Of a DNA stretch of 50,109 nucleotides, positions 8,260-18,100 are shown one piece after another; positions within the stretch are counted from its first letter, which is position 1; the number at the start of each line of letters is the position of its first letter. The position numbers and the translations under genes are program-made. Origin of the DNA: Shigella phage pSf-2. Under the pieces are notes generated by a model. The model was not told where the DNA came from, did not search any database, and worked only from the letters and a program-made list of their open reading frames with translations. The stretch lies in the sequence record KP085586, one strand, 5' to 3'.

Positions 8260-9195
8260 GTGAACGAAGAATTTATGATGTTTCAGAAAGAGGACGTTTT
8301 GCCGTACATGAAGGGGTTATGGCGCGAGGCTTTCCAATCAATCTGCGGATTGCCGAATGATGTTTTTAATAAGAAACACCAACCTTGCCCTAACTGCGGG
8401 GGTAAGGACCGCTTTCGCTGGACTGATAACCTTAACACTCCGGGCGACGGCGGTGCGATCTGCAACTCATGCGGTAACGACTCTGGAGTCGGTTGGTTGA
8501 TGAAATTAACTGGTATGCCGTACAGCGAATGTATAAATATCCTGGGAAGATTTCTCGGCAAGGTTCCGCAGGAATACATTGTCAAGGCCAACAAAAAAGC
8601 GCGAAGAACTCCGGTAGCTGGCGTCAATGTTATGATGGCAGAACACGAGGCAGTGATGAAAGTTATGGAGCGCACAGAGAAGCGCATAAACACACCTCTA
8701 AGCATGTTTGAGTCGCTACCTACTGAATCATTCGACGTTGGCGTAAAACGTCGAGAGGATGGCGGCGAGAGTGTATTTCACGCCATACCATGTCAACTTG
8801 TACACGAGGACGGTCTTGATGAAGAGTTTTGCAATATTTTGATTATTGATGAGGAGGGTAGGGAGTCATTTTATGCAAAGAAATACACAAGTTGCTCGGT
8901 TGCCGTGACTGGTAAAACTGAAAAAGCGATCTACTTATGCCTTAATTGGATTGATGCTCAGCATATTGCATTTCACACAAAGCAAGAGGTATGGGCCTGC
9001 TTCACTCCTGAAAATCTAGAAATGGTTGCGTACAGATACAAGGGAGATCGGGAGGTAAGGGTGGCGTGCGAACCATCTGATAAAGAAACTTTATACATGG
9101 CAGACGACAGACAATTAAAAATAATCATCCCGAATCAGGGAGGATACCGCTCAGGAATGCAAGCTAAGTTATTCTCAGCAAGTGATCTACTATAA
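8260..9195 (+). CDS. primase-type zinc-ribbon protein (putative DNA primase)
   Basis: CPNCGGKDRFRW...CNSCGN Zn ribbon as in P4/T7-type primases; start may be ATG 8275 not GTG 8260. Confidence 0.5.
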   Translation: MNEEFMMFQKEDVLPYMKGLWREAFQSICGLPNDVFNKKHQPCPNCGGKDRFRWTDNLNTPGDGGAICNSCGNDSGVGWLMKLTGMPYSECINILGRFLGKVPQEYIVKANKKARRTPVAGVNVMMAEHEAVMKVMERTEKRINTPLSMFESLPTESFDVGVKRREDGGESVFHAIPCQLVHEDGLDEEFCNILIIDEEGRESFYAKKYTSCSVAVTGKTEKAIYLCLNWIDAQHIAFHTKQEVWACFTPENLEMVAYRYKGDREVRVACEPSDKETLYMADDRQLKIIIPNQGGYRSGMQAKLFSASDLL

Positions 9196-9217
9196 CCGCC
9201 TTCGGGCGGTTTTTTAT
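9196..9217 (+). terminator. Rho-independent terminator
   Basis: ccgcc-ttcg-ggcgg hairpin followed by ttttttatt. Confidence 0.65.
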
Positions 9218-9223
9218 TGCCCG

Positions 9224-9252
9224 TTGCAAGACTCATGGCGCGATGATAAAAT
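9224..9252 (+). promoter_or_regulatory. sigma70-like promoter for tail-fibre gene (TTGCAA-17-TAAAAT)
   Basis: Near-consensus hexamers with 17-bp spacer, 44 nt before ATG 9296. Confidence 0.5.
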
Positions 9253-9257
9253 CTGTG

Positions 9258-9275
9258 TTTAGCAATTCGTGCTAT
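9258..9275 (-). promoter_or_regulatory. 18-bp dyad motif copy (tttagcaattcgtgctat) in operator-like position
   Basis: Lies 6-23 nt downstream of the -10 above and 20 nt before ATG 9296. Confidence 0.65.
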
Positions 9276-9295
9276 TTACTTAAGGAGTTTATATT

Positions 9296-11080
9296 ATGGC
9301 TTTATATCGACGCGGTACTGCATCAATGGATGCAGACGGAACGGTTCGCGGAACCGATACAAAATGGAAGGATCAGCTTGCTCTGATTCGAGTAGGTGCA
9401 ACTATCGTATTCCTGGAACAACCGATAAAGCTGGCTGTAATCAGCGATATCGTGAGCGACACTGAGTTAAAGGCTATCTCTACTGATGGTCAGACTGCCG
9501 CTGACGGTAAGTATGTGATCCTGCTTAACGATTCACTGACTGTTAACGGATTAGCTCAAAACGTTGCTGAGACGCTTCGATACTATCAAAGCAAAGAGAC
9601 TGAGATTGCGGCATCTATAGATCTGATAAATCAGCTTGATATGAATAAACTTGAGCAAATAGTTGCTGATGTGAATCAGGCGAAATCTGATTCTCAAGCT
9701 GCGCAAAATCAGGCTGAATTAGCGCGTGACGCAGCCAACGCTGCACGCGATGAAACTAACTCAATCAAGAATCAGACGCAACAGATTGTTGACGGTGCTG
9801 TCGGTAGCATCAATGCGGCGAAGGATCAGGCTATAACCGATGTGCAGCAAAAAGAAAATTCATCCATCACTCACATTGACTCAGAAGAAGCGGCGGCGAT
9901 TCAGGCAATTAATGACGCAAAAGGCGATCTGTCAGGTTACGTTAATGACGCTCAGACGGCAGCACAAACGGCGACCTCTGCAAAAAACGACGCTCAGGCA
10001 GCGCGTGACGATGCGGTAAGCTCAAAAGATGCGGCTGCGGTAAGTGCTCAAGAAGCAAAAGACGCAGCTAACAGCATCAATGCTGAAAATCTTTTAACTA
10101 AGGATGGCAATCTAGCTGGTCTTGAGGATAAAAAAGAGTCAAGAAAAAATATTGGGTTAGGTGAAAATGATGCTGTTAACTTTCTTACTATTAACACCAC
10201 TGGCGCTATAGGTGCAGGAAGGAATTCATGGGACGGTTCTAGCTGGGGTAGTCAGTCCATATTGTCATCATTGATGATTATGTCACCTGATGGAATATCT
10301 ACGCCAGGTATTTACGTCAGAAAAGAACGTAGCGATAATGGTTATGCTGGGGCTTTATTATTTTATGAGGGGGCAAACTACTTCGAGACTAACAATAGAT
10401 TCAGGGCCAATCAGTTTTTATGCCAGAAAACAGCTATGGGTTATAACCAGATGTGGTCTGCTTCATGCTTCCAGGGTAATGCTTACACCGCTGATAGTGG
10501 TGCTGAAAACTATCAATCACTTATTGCTGGATCGTGTGACACCAGAGGTCAGGGATACGCTGGCGGCGTAGCATTTGGCATGATGACTACGGGTAATCCT
10601 GAATGGCCCAGGGCACAAATATCAGTAGGCGCTCAAGATAGGGATGGAGTAGGCAATATTGGTCTGCAAATGCATTTCAGGTTTATGGCTTCAGGGCAAA
10701 TATCTTACGCTGGACCGCAAGTGGCTGGAAGTTTCCAACAGGTTCCGGCATCTGACAGAAATATAAAGCACAGCATAAAGGATGATGAATCAAGCATTGC
10801 ATACAACAACATAAAATCAATGAGATTTAGGAACTTTATATTTAACGATGATGAGCAAGAAAGGGTAAGGAGAGGTGTTATAGCTCAGGAGATAGAAGAG
10901 ATCGACAATCTATATGTTAAGAGAAGGGTGTATGAGAGCCACGAGCTAAACGGGCCAAAAGTTGAAAGGCTTGAGCTTGATACAACTCCTTTATTGCTTG
11001 ACACTATGAGAGCTTTACAGGATACAATAAAGAAAGTTGAAGAGTTACAAGAAGAGATAAAAATGTTGAAGTCCAAATGA
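9296..11080 (+). CDS. tail fibre protein with C-terminal intramolecular chaperone (peptidase S74-like) domain
   Basis: Ala/Gln-rich coiled N-part; C-terminal SDRNIKHSIK...GVIAQEIEEI autoproteolytic chaperone signature. Confidence 0.8.
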   Translation: MALYRRGTASMDADGTVRGTDTKWKDQLALIRVGATIVFLEQPIKLAVISDIVSDTELKAISTDGQTAADGKYVILLNDSLTVNGLAQNVAETLRYYQSKETEIAASIDLINQLDMNKLEQIVADVNQAKSDSQAAQNQAELARDAANAARDETNSIKNQTQQIVDGAVGSINAAKDQAITDVQQKENSSITHIDSEEAAAIQAINDAKGDLSGYVNDAQTAAQTATSAKNDAQAARDDAVSSKDAAAVSAQEAKDAANSINAENLLTKDGNLAGLEDKKESRKNIGLGENDAVNFLTINTTGAIGAGRNSWDGSSWGSQSILSSLMIMSPDGISTPGIYVRKERSDNGYAGALLFYEGANYFETNNRFRANQFLCQKTAMGYNQMWSASCFQGNAYTADSGAENYQSLIAGSCDTRGQGYAGGVAFGMMTTGNPEWPRAQISVGAQDRDGVGNIGLQMHFRFMASGQISYAGPQVAGSFQQVPASDRNIKHSIKDDESSIAYNNIKSMRFRNFIFNDDEQERVRRGVIAQEIEEIDNLYVKRRVYESHELNGPKVERLELDTTPLLLDTMRALQDTIKKVEELQEEIKMLKSK

Positions 11081-11083
11081 TAA

Positions 11084-11110
11084 AAGCCCCGCAATGCGGG
11101 GCTTTTCTTA
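11084..11110. terminator. bidirectional Rho-independent terminator between convergent genes
   Basis: aagccccgc-aat-gcggggctt hairpin with T-runs on both strands. Confidence 0.6.
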
Positions 11111-11527
11111 TCAGAATGGGATATCATCGTCAAATGTTGACTGAGGGTTCGGTTGTGGTTGTTGTTGAGTTCGCTGTTGTTGCTGAGGCGATCGCTGTTG
11201 TTGATTGCTTTGTCCTCGTTGACTGAATATCAACTTAGGGAAATCAGCAGCCTGCAATGAATTGTAAGTCGTTCCGTTGTGCTCACGGGATGAGATCTTC
11301 AACGTTTCGCATGATACAGATATAACTCGACCAACCTGGAACGCTTCACGATACCAGTCAGCAAGGCCAGGCTTTCCACCATCACTAAAAAAGAATGTGT
11401 AGTTGGTGTATTCTCGATCGCCATCACGAGGTTTATAGCTTTCTGCCAGTTCGATGATATAAGTATTGCCGCCGTTACGTTCCAGAATCTTTGGTTCTTT
11501 GCGGATCTCGCCAGTGATAATATGCAT
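11111..11527 (-). CDS. ssb: single-stranded DNA-binding protein
   Basis: OB-fold N-part, Gln/Pro-rich linker, acidic tail ending DDDIPF. Confidence 0.8.
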   Translation of the reverse strand: MHIITGEIRKEPKILERNGGNTYIIELAESYKPRDGDREYTNYTFFFSDGGKPGLADWYREAFQVGRVISVSCETLKISSREHNGTTYNSLQAADFPKLIFSQRGQSNQQQRSPQQQQRTQQQPQPNPQSTFDDDIPF

Positions 11528-11573
11528 TATTTTCTCCCATAAAATTTATGGGCGACCGAAGCCGCCCGGGTGA

Positions 11574-12221
11574 TTATTCGAAGTTGGTGATTGATTGAGA
11601 TTGTACAGGCTTCGCGCTCGTTGCTTCAACCTGTTTTTTCTGTTCCGGTTGCGCCGGGCGAATACCACGAGCTTTACCGATCTCAAACTTAGCCTTAAGT
11701 GCGTTGTAGTGATCCTGAATGATTGACTTGCTTGCCGTGTCAGTCTGGCGGTAAGCGTTAGCCCATACCTCTTTCAGTGATTCGATATCTTCACACGCAT
11801 CAAGTTCTTTTTTCCAGTCCTTGACAGATTTTACTGCAAGCTGAGCATCGTCATCACTCTGGCTAATCCCCAGCGCCGCAGCGAGTGAGTAACGTCGTGC
11901 ATAAGTCATCGCTGAGCCTACACCTTGAGGATCGCGCTTTGCAATAGGCATCATCATGAAGAATTTGGCCCACTGCCCGGATTTGTGAATCAGCATCGTT
12001 TCAAGATGGAAGGTTGTTTCCGTGCTGGTGTCCAGCATTGATTGCAGGATCATAATATCGTTGTCGGTTAGCGCCGGGCTTACTGCCGCCATCATTGCAT
12101 CAAGAGTTGCGTATGAATTTTTCAGGTGATTGTTTTTAGCGTCCTTCTTTGCTTTCGCGAATTTGTTGCGAGCATTGAACAGTGCAGGAAGGATTTCGTT
12201 TGTTTCTGGTGATAATTGCAT
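11574..12221 (-). CDS. single-strand annealing recombination protein (Erf-like candidate)
   Basis: GSAMTYARRYSLAAALGI segment; between SSB and exonuclease; start moved to ATG 12221 with accaatcaggag SD. Confidence 0.5.
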   Translation of the reverse strand: MQLSPETNEILPALFNARNKFAKAKKDAKNNHLKNSYATLDAMMAAVSPALTDNDIMILQSMLDTSTETTFHLETMLIHKSGQWAKFFMMMPIAKRDPQGVGSAMTYARRYSLAAALGISQSDDDAQLAVKSVKDWKKELDACEDIESLKEVWANAYRQTDTASKSIIQDHYNALKAKFEIGKARGIRPAQPEQKKQVEATSAKPVQSQSITNFE

Positions 12222-12277
12222 CTTAACTTCTCCTGATTGGTGTATGAGGTGCATTATAACACCTCATTAATTATTTG

Positions 12278-12295
12278 TTTAGCTATTTGTGCCGT
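12278..12295 (-). promoter_or_regulatory. degenerate copy of 18-bp dyad motif upstream of TATAAT box for Erf-like gene
   Basis: 14/18 match; minus strand has tataat about 21 nt downstream inside an 8-bp inverted repeat. Confidence 0.3.
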
Positions 12296-13360
12296 TTACT
12301 TATTTTGGTAACGCACCCATGATGGCGTTTCAAGTTCGATCTCGCTTGCGTCGCCAGCGTACCCAGGCCAAACATCCATTTCAGAGCAAGCCTTGTAAGT
12401 GTGGACTACGCTAATGTACTGGTTACGACCGATCCTGATTTGCTCCATAGTCATACGGTAAGCCAGTGCGATATAAGGCTCTTTTTTCTCCTGCGCAAGC
12501 AATCGAACTACGATCGGAATATCTTCCGGGAAGTTTCCTTCAAAAGCGCCAGCCTGGATTGCGCGACGTAGCAGGTCATGCTGCAATGCCATCTTCAGGT
12601 AATAGCCGTGATTGTATGCCAGTCTCGGGAACTCTAACGGGTTGGCGCTCATCGTAGTTTTGAAATCTGTGATAATCAGTGCTTCCGGGAAAATTACGTC
12701 TTCAAATACCGGATCACCATTCTCATCATAACCAGTCAGTACACGACCTGGTACATTCTCTTTGTAGTCCAGATGATCTAGTCGAACCTTAACCTTGACG
12801 CCGGATATTTCACCGAAGATTGAGATTTCACGCTGCGCTGTTTCGCTGTTGATGCACGCTTCATGATCGGGGTTCTGTTCAAGTATAGCTCTCATCTTCA
12901 TGCAGGCGTCGTATTTATCAGCGTCGACGAGTTTCTTTCCTTCAGCGCGCGCCTCAGCTTCTGCGATCAGTTCAATCAGGTATTGAACGTTAAGGTCTTC
13001 GCCACAATCAACCATCATTTTGATGAGGTCCGGGTACTGCTTACCGGATGTACCTTTCAGGCCAAAAGATTTTAATTTTGCTGCCAGCGCTGCCTGAGAA
13101 GTAATGAGATCTTTAAACTCTGCCGGAGCCGGACAACGCGCATACGATGCAGTAAACAGATCTCGGCTCTCAAAGTTGGTGTGCGACTGAGTGCCAAACT
13201 CCAGCGCTTTAGTCGTCTCGTTCTTCTTGAATCGCCAGTTAGCCGGGCAAGTCTGATAAATTTCTGCAAGGCTCGAACCGCTTACATACTCTGCCGCCCA
13301 ACCTTCGTTGCTATGATACTCGTCATTAGAAAGCTGACTTGATGTGAATACTTGGAACAT
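12296..13360 (-). CDS. PD-(D/E)XK family exonuclease (recombination exonuclease)
   Basis: VRLDHLD and IITDFKTT motifs; first gene of recombination operon. Confidence 0.55.
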   Translation of the reverse strand: MFQVFTSSQLSNDEYHSNEGWAAEYVSGSSLAEIYQTCPANWRFKKNETTKALEFGTQSHTNFESRDLFTASYARCPAPAEFKDLITSQAALAAKLKSFGLKGTSGKQYPDLIKMMVDCGEDLNVQYLIELIAEAEARAEGKKLVDADKYDACMKMRAILEQNPDHEACINSETAQREISIFGEISGVKVKVRLDHLDYKENVPGRVLTGYDENGDPVFEDVIFPEALIITDFKTTMSANPLEFPRLAYNHGYYLKMALQHDLLRRAIQAGAFEGNFPEDIPIVVRLLAQEKKEPYIALAYRMTMEQIRIGRNQYISVVHTYKACSEMDVWPGYAGDASEIELETPSWVRYQNK

Positions 13361-13391
13361 TGCGTTTATCTCCTTCGTTTACGATGAATCC

Positions 13392-13419
13392 ATTATAGCC
13401 ATTAACAGCGTTTAGTCAA
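13392..13419 (-). promoter_or_regulatory. sigma70-like promoter (TTGACT-16-TATAAT) for recombination operon
   Basis: Near-consensus hexamers 31 nt upstream of ATG 13360. Confidence 0.5.
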
Positions 13420-13639
13420 TCGGATACATGTAATTGGTGTGTAATAGCGTGTCTATATCGCTCAAGTTACAACCAGCATTAACGGAATCAATGGCTTAAG
13501 TCTATTTTTATGTGATGTCTACTGTGTAATACTTGTAACCGCTTTTTCTTAGAAATACAGGGATAGCTACAAGTAGAATCCATATTGATTAAATTTTGAA
13601 CATATATGATAGAAATTTGACGAATCAATCAAATCACCA

Positions 13640-13810
13640 GTTACACGATAGACAACTGTTACACAACAATAATTATATATATAAAGCTAAAATTAAATAT
13701 TATCTATCTATATATATTATATATAGTTTTTATCATATCCCTCTGCGGTCGGGTAGGGTGGATTTTGTAACACCCGTTCCGGTTACAAAAATAGACACCT
13801 GTTACACGAA
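13640..13810. repeat. AT-rich divergent control region with direct repeats TAGACAnCTGTTACAC (x2) and inverted repeat TTTTGTAAC-N10-GTTACAAAA
   Basis: Repeats at about 13644-13660 and 13790-13806; palindrome at about 13765-13792; (TA)n tract 13700-13725. Confidence 0.45.
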
Positions 13811-13828
13811 AAAATTGTAATCGCACTA

Positions 13829-13857
13829 TTGCAATAAAAGTAAATGCGACATACAAT
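13829..13857 (+). promoter_or_regulatory. sigma70-like promoter (TTGCAA-17-TACAAT) for lipoprotein gene
   Basis: Hexamers with 17-bp spacer, 29 nt before ATG 13887. Confidence 0.45.
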
Positions 13858-13886
13858 GCAATCACACTAACGACGAGGACATACAA

Positions 13887-14117
13887 ATGAAAAAGTTAAT
13901 CACCATTATCACCGCTGCATTCATCCTGACTGGTTGTGCTCAGAATCTTAAAAATGGCGACTGCGTTACTTACGCGTACGGCTCTTGCATGATGCGATTC
14001 GTTGATGGTAAAAAGGTTCCGGCTGGCGAAATTGACATGCGATTCAAAGGTCTGTCATCCGACGACGATCAGGGTAACTTTAGCGGCAAGGTATCAATCA
14101 AAACTAAAGAGTGGTAA
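13887..14117 (+). CDS. small lipoprotein, Cor-like superinfection-exclusion candidate
   Basis: Signal peptide with lipobox LTGC; 76 aa; lies next to J gene on opposite strand as cor does in FhuA-dependent phages. Confidence 0.55.
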   Translation: MKKLITIITAAFILTGCAQNLKNGDCVTYAYGSCMMRFVDGKKVPAGEIDMRFKGLSSDDDQGNFSGKVSIKTKEW

Positions 14118-14119
14118 TT

Positions 14120-15076
14120 ATGGGGCAAGGAATATACATAAATCTAAATGACGGTCGCCCGGCAATGGAGATAACTTCAGGGCTTCGCGCCCCGTCATGG
14201 TGCGGACCTATACAGGCTGACGGGGTTGATTCATCTGGATCGGTTTTTGATTTTGGTTTGCAAATGAGTCCAGGGTCTACTGCTTTTTGCCTTCCATCTC
14301 AGGCTATCTACATAGACGATATGGATTACATCCCGGAGGTGTATTATTTGACCAGTTTTCAGAAGGTCAATGATTCAACCGGACGAATAACGGTAGGTAA
14401 TTTTAACGGGCACGGTGGAAGGAGGATGAGATTTTATGGCAACTGTTACGAAATCCTCCCCGCTCAGGCTGGAAGTCAGGGGATACTTGTTAACGATTCA
14501 ACGAACTTCGCAGCGATACCGAATAACGCCAGATTGATGAGCGCTGCATTTGTTGGGGGTATTCAGGTTAACGGTCAGGCTCAGTTGCCAGTACAGGGCG
14601 TTCCTTTCGGTATGTGGGATAATCCAAACGTAACACTTGAATCTGACGGCAATACAATATGGTGCAGGGATGCAAACTATAACGGGATTGATGACGTTGG
14701 CGCGAGCGTATACGTTCAACTCGTAATATTTAATAACACCCCACCACCTCCCGGCCCTGGAATCACTATGAGCAATCCTGCTGGTCAGATCGTTTTCTCA
14801 AGCGTTCGACGTCCTTTTGTTCTCGGCGGGACTATGGCGATAAATGACGGGTGGCAGTGGTGCGGTGGATTTTTCCCAATACTGAGAACAGGTACGATAT
14901 GCAGAGTTACAGGTGGATATAATAACATTCGATACAAGGGCGTTTGCATGAGCGGCGGTAACGTGAGAAGCACACCCGGAACAAGGGTGGGTAACTATTC
15001 AACCCAAAGCGGAGCGCAATTCCCTTTCAATATAAACATTTCAATGCCAATTCCTTTCACTCCAAACATGTATTAA
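14120..15076 (+). CDS. hypothetical protein co-transcribed with lipoprotein (Gly/Asn-rich, PPPPGPG linker)
   Basis: ATG 14120 three nt after upstream TAA; track start 14111 is GTG; followed by bidirectional terminator. Confidence 0.55.
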   Translation: MGQGIYINLNDGRPAMEITSGLRAPSWCGPIQADGVDSSGSVFDFGLQMSPGSTAFCLPSQAIYIDDMDYIPEVYYLTSFQKVNDSTGRITVGNFNGHGGRRMRFYGNCYEILPAQAGSQGILVNDSTNFAAIPNNARLMSAAFVGGIQVNGQAQLPVQGVPFGMWDNPNVTLESDGNTIWCRDANYNGIDDVGASVYVQLVIFNNTPPPPGPGITMSNPAGQIVFSSVRRPFVLGGTMAINDGWQWCGGFFPILRTGTICRVTGGYNNIRYKGVCMSGGNVRSTPGTRVGNYSTQSGAQFPFNINISMPIPFTPNMY

Positions 15077-15100
15077 AAAAGGGGCCAATCGGCCCCTTTC
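15077..15100. terminator. bidirectional Rho-independent terminator
   Basis: aggggcc-aatc-ggcccct hairpin flanked by A-run and T-run. Confidence 0.6.
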
Positions 15101-15102
15101 TG

Positions 15103-18100
15103 TTACCAGACACCAACAACCACTCGACCACCGTTAGGTAGGTTAACCGTGATCCCGTTATTGTTTATCTGAACTGTGTTATTTGTTCCGTTAAATGCAA
15201 ACTCTCCGTTATTTGCGTAAATTCTACCCCTCACTGTTGCATTCATGAATGAAGCGTCGCCATTCTTGTTTATGGCCCATCCATTATTCCCATCCCAATT
15301 GTTAGATTGAATCCAGTTTCCAATCATGGCATTAGTAATAAATCCATCCTTGATGATCGCGCTACTTAAAATAACCTGACCATTCTCAACAACAAAAGGA
15401 TATTGAGTCTGACCATTCATTCCTGTCATGATGGCAAATCGTGACGCCTCGAATAAGATTTGCGCCTTAACCACAGCGCCTGAACCAATCAGAGACATAG
15501 CCATACCAGCACTGTATTCTTGGCCGTTATACTTCAGACCGAGCTTGACTCCGTACATTGCACCAGTCGAATCCGCATTGCTCCACGAATCAAGTTTTTG
15601 AGAAAGTGCCGCCTCATTATTCCCAAGCCTCGCGCTTAATGACAAGTCAGCTTGCGTTCTCGCCTCAGTCTCGTTTGCTATAGCCTCTCTGATATCAGTC
15701 AAACTTGCCTGAATATCATCACCAATCTCTGCCCTGAGTTGGTCAATTTCACGCGATAGCGCTCCGGTTTCAGTTGCGATAACTTCACGCAATTCGCTAT
15801 TGCTTGCGCTAATCTGATCACCAAAACTTGCCCTTAACTGCTCAACTGCTGTTACTCGCGCCTCAGTCTCATCAGCAATTAGCTTCAGTGATTTGGTGTA
15901 CTCTGCTTTTCGTTTTCCGTTCTCCTTCTTCATGTAGATCGCGTCTTTGTCATTAGCTAGAGCGTTCTCAATTGCTGCCTCTGCGTTCGCTGCGTTCTGC
16001 GCCGCGTTGTCGGTTGCGTTATCAACAAGCCACTCGTAACCCGGCGAGTTTTCGATATCGACAGAAATCTCTCCAATGATATCGTCAACGTTTGTTGATG
16101 CCATGCCTCTGACAAAATCAGTCCACTGAGACGCGTTACCGATCCTGTCAACCGTCCTTACCCGATACCACACAATATTCCCTCCCGGCATCGGTGAGTG
16201 ATAATACTCATGCTGCGGATACGGAATCAAAGAAAGCAAACTTGCGTTATCCACTGTTCCATCCGGTGACTGCTGCAACTCCGTATAGGCCGTATCTCCA
16301 GAACCATCAGAGAACCCCCATTTTGTACGGATACCAAAAACAACATCATCCGTAGCTGTAAGGTTAATCGGTCGGCCCGGTTCACCCTGTTTACCCGTCA
16401 ACGTTGCCGCGACGATATTTGACCAGCCTGAAGTTGTGCCAGAACCAGCGACGGAGCGCACGCGAACCTGATAGTTGCCAGCGTAAATCCCTTCAACATA
16501 AACCTCCTTGTTTGCCGTCTGCGGGACGTTCTGCCAGTTGCCGTTATCCTTTCGCCACTGGACGTCATAGAAAACTGCGTACGGTACTTTATCCCAGCTA
16601 ACAATCATCGTTTCTACGCTCATCCCCTGGACGATTCGTGACTCTGAGGACACTTGCACGTTTTCCGGTCTAGGGATCTGATCTGGTTCAACGATGCTCG
16701 TCGGTCGGTCGTCGATATTAACTCCGTAATCAATCTCATCGTACTTGTTAGGATCGTACTCCACCGCCGTTATTTTGTAGGTAAATTCCTCATCATCATC
16801 GCCCTTGTCGATTTTTGTCACGACGTACTGCTGTAACGCAATGTCGGTGCGGTCGATAGCGAATACCGTGTTAGGCTTCACAGGAAAGCCAAAGCCAATG
16901 TTAACCTCTATAGTCTTACCATCCGCACTAACACTTGATATTGTGCGCTTCACGGGCTTGCCATCTGGCTTATTTACGATAATAAAGTCACCCGCGCGTG
17001 CATCCACCCGGAACGGCAAGAAAATCTGACTACCGGATACTTCGAGCAAGCGCCCTGATAGGTTCATCGTCAAGTTACTTGACCAGAAGTTATCAGCTAT
17101 TGCCACAACATCTCCGATTGTCGGGATCATACCCTCAAGTCCGGTAGCGAAGTTTACCGTAGTGCTGCGGAGGTTAGTTTTCAGAATCCATCTCCCGCGT
17201 CGGTTGGCCTCGCTTCGACGTGTGCAGCCGATCGCTGTAATGCTCGTTACGTTGTTCCCGAACCGTAGAGTAGCCTCACGATCGAATACTGGCTCAACGT
17301 CCTGCTGATACATGTTTTGCTCGTCGTCAAACATCACATTACACGTCGTGTACATGCTCTTTTCGCTTGCAAACGTGTAGGAGAAGTCACCATTAACCAC
17401 GTTGTCGTTAGTGAAGATGTACGCAGGCTCACGCGGCCTATCGATGATTACCGAAATGCTTTCGCCATTCCAAAAGCTCATACCTCGAAAGATTGAGCAA
17501 ATATCTCGAATAACCTTGTAAGCGTCAGTCTGAGACTGGATTATCACGTCGCAAAGGTATCGAGGTTCCGTCCCGCCCTTCCCATCAGGAACCATCTGAT
17601 CGCAATATTGCGCAGCCTCGTAGAGCGCCCATTTATCGACAGCGATACCAAGCTCTTTCTGATCCAAGCCGTAACGCTGATTAATCATCAGGTCATAAAG
17701 AACCCACGCAGGATTATTCGTCCATGCTTTTTTGAAAGTGCCATCCCAATTGCCGTTGTATGTTCGCGATTCTGGGTCGTAGTTCGACGGAACGCTTACA
17801 ATCTTCCAGCGCTTACGAATTGAGATCGTAGGTAACTGGTTTGGGAACATCTTCGAATCGAACTCTACGAAAAGAAGACCAGTCAGAGGATATCGGAATT
17901 TGGCATCAATGACCTCGGCATAGCTTCTTACCTGGATTGCATCAACGACATTCGAGTCATTGGAATCAGGCGTCTTTCGAACAACTCTGAATATTACCTG
18001 ATTGTTGAAGTTAGGCAGGTTTACGCGACGGCTTCGATCATAACCTGACATTGTTTTACCTTCGATTACGTCAGTAAGAACAGTCTCAAACGAACCGCCA

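Noticed and set aside
8283-8711. ORFs 8283..8705 (-) and 8493..8711 (+) overlapping the primase-like gene
   Set aside because: Shadow ORFs inside a CDS with recognisable Zn-ribbon motif.
13596-13886. ORFs 13596..13820 (+) and 13704..13886 (-)
   Set aside because: Both sit in the AT-rich divergent control region with promoters and repeats; low-complexity translations.
15957-17823. Six short ORFs inside the J-like gene on either strand
   Set aside because: Embedded in a long well-supported CDS with Arg/Ser/Thr-rich composition typical of off-frame reading; no independent signals.
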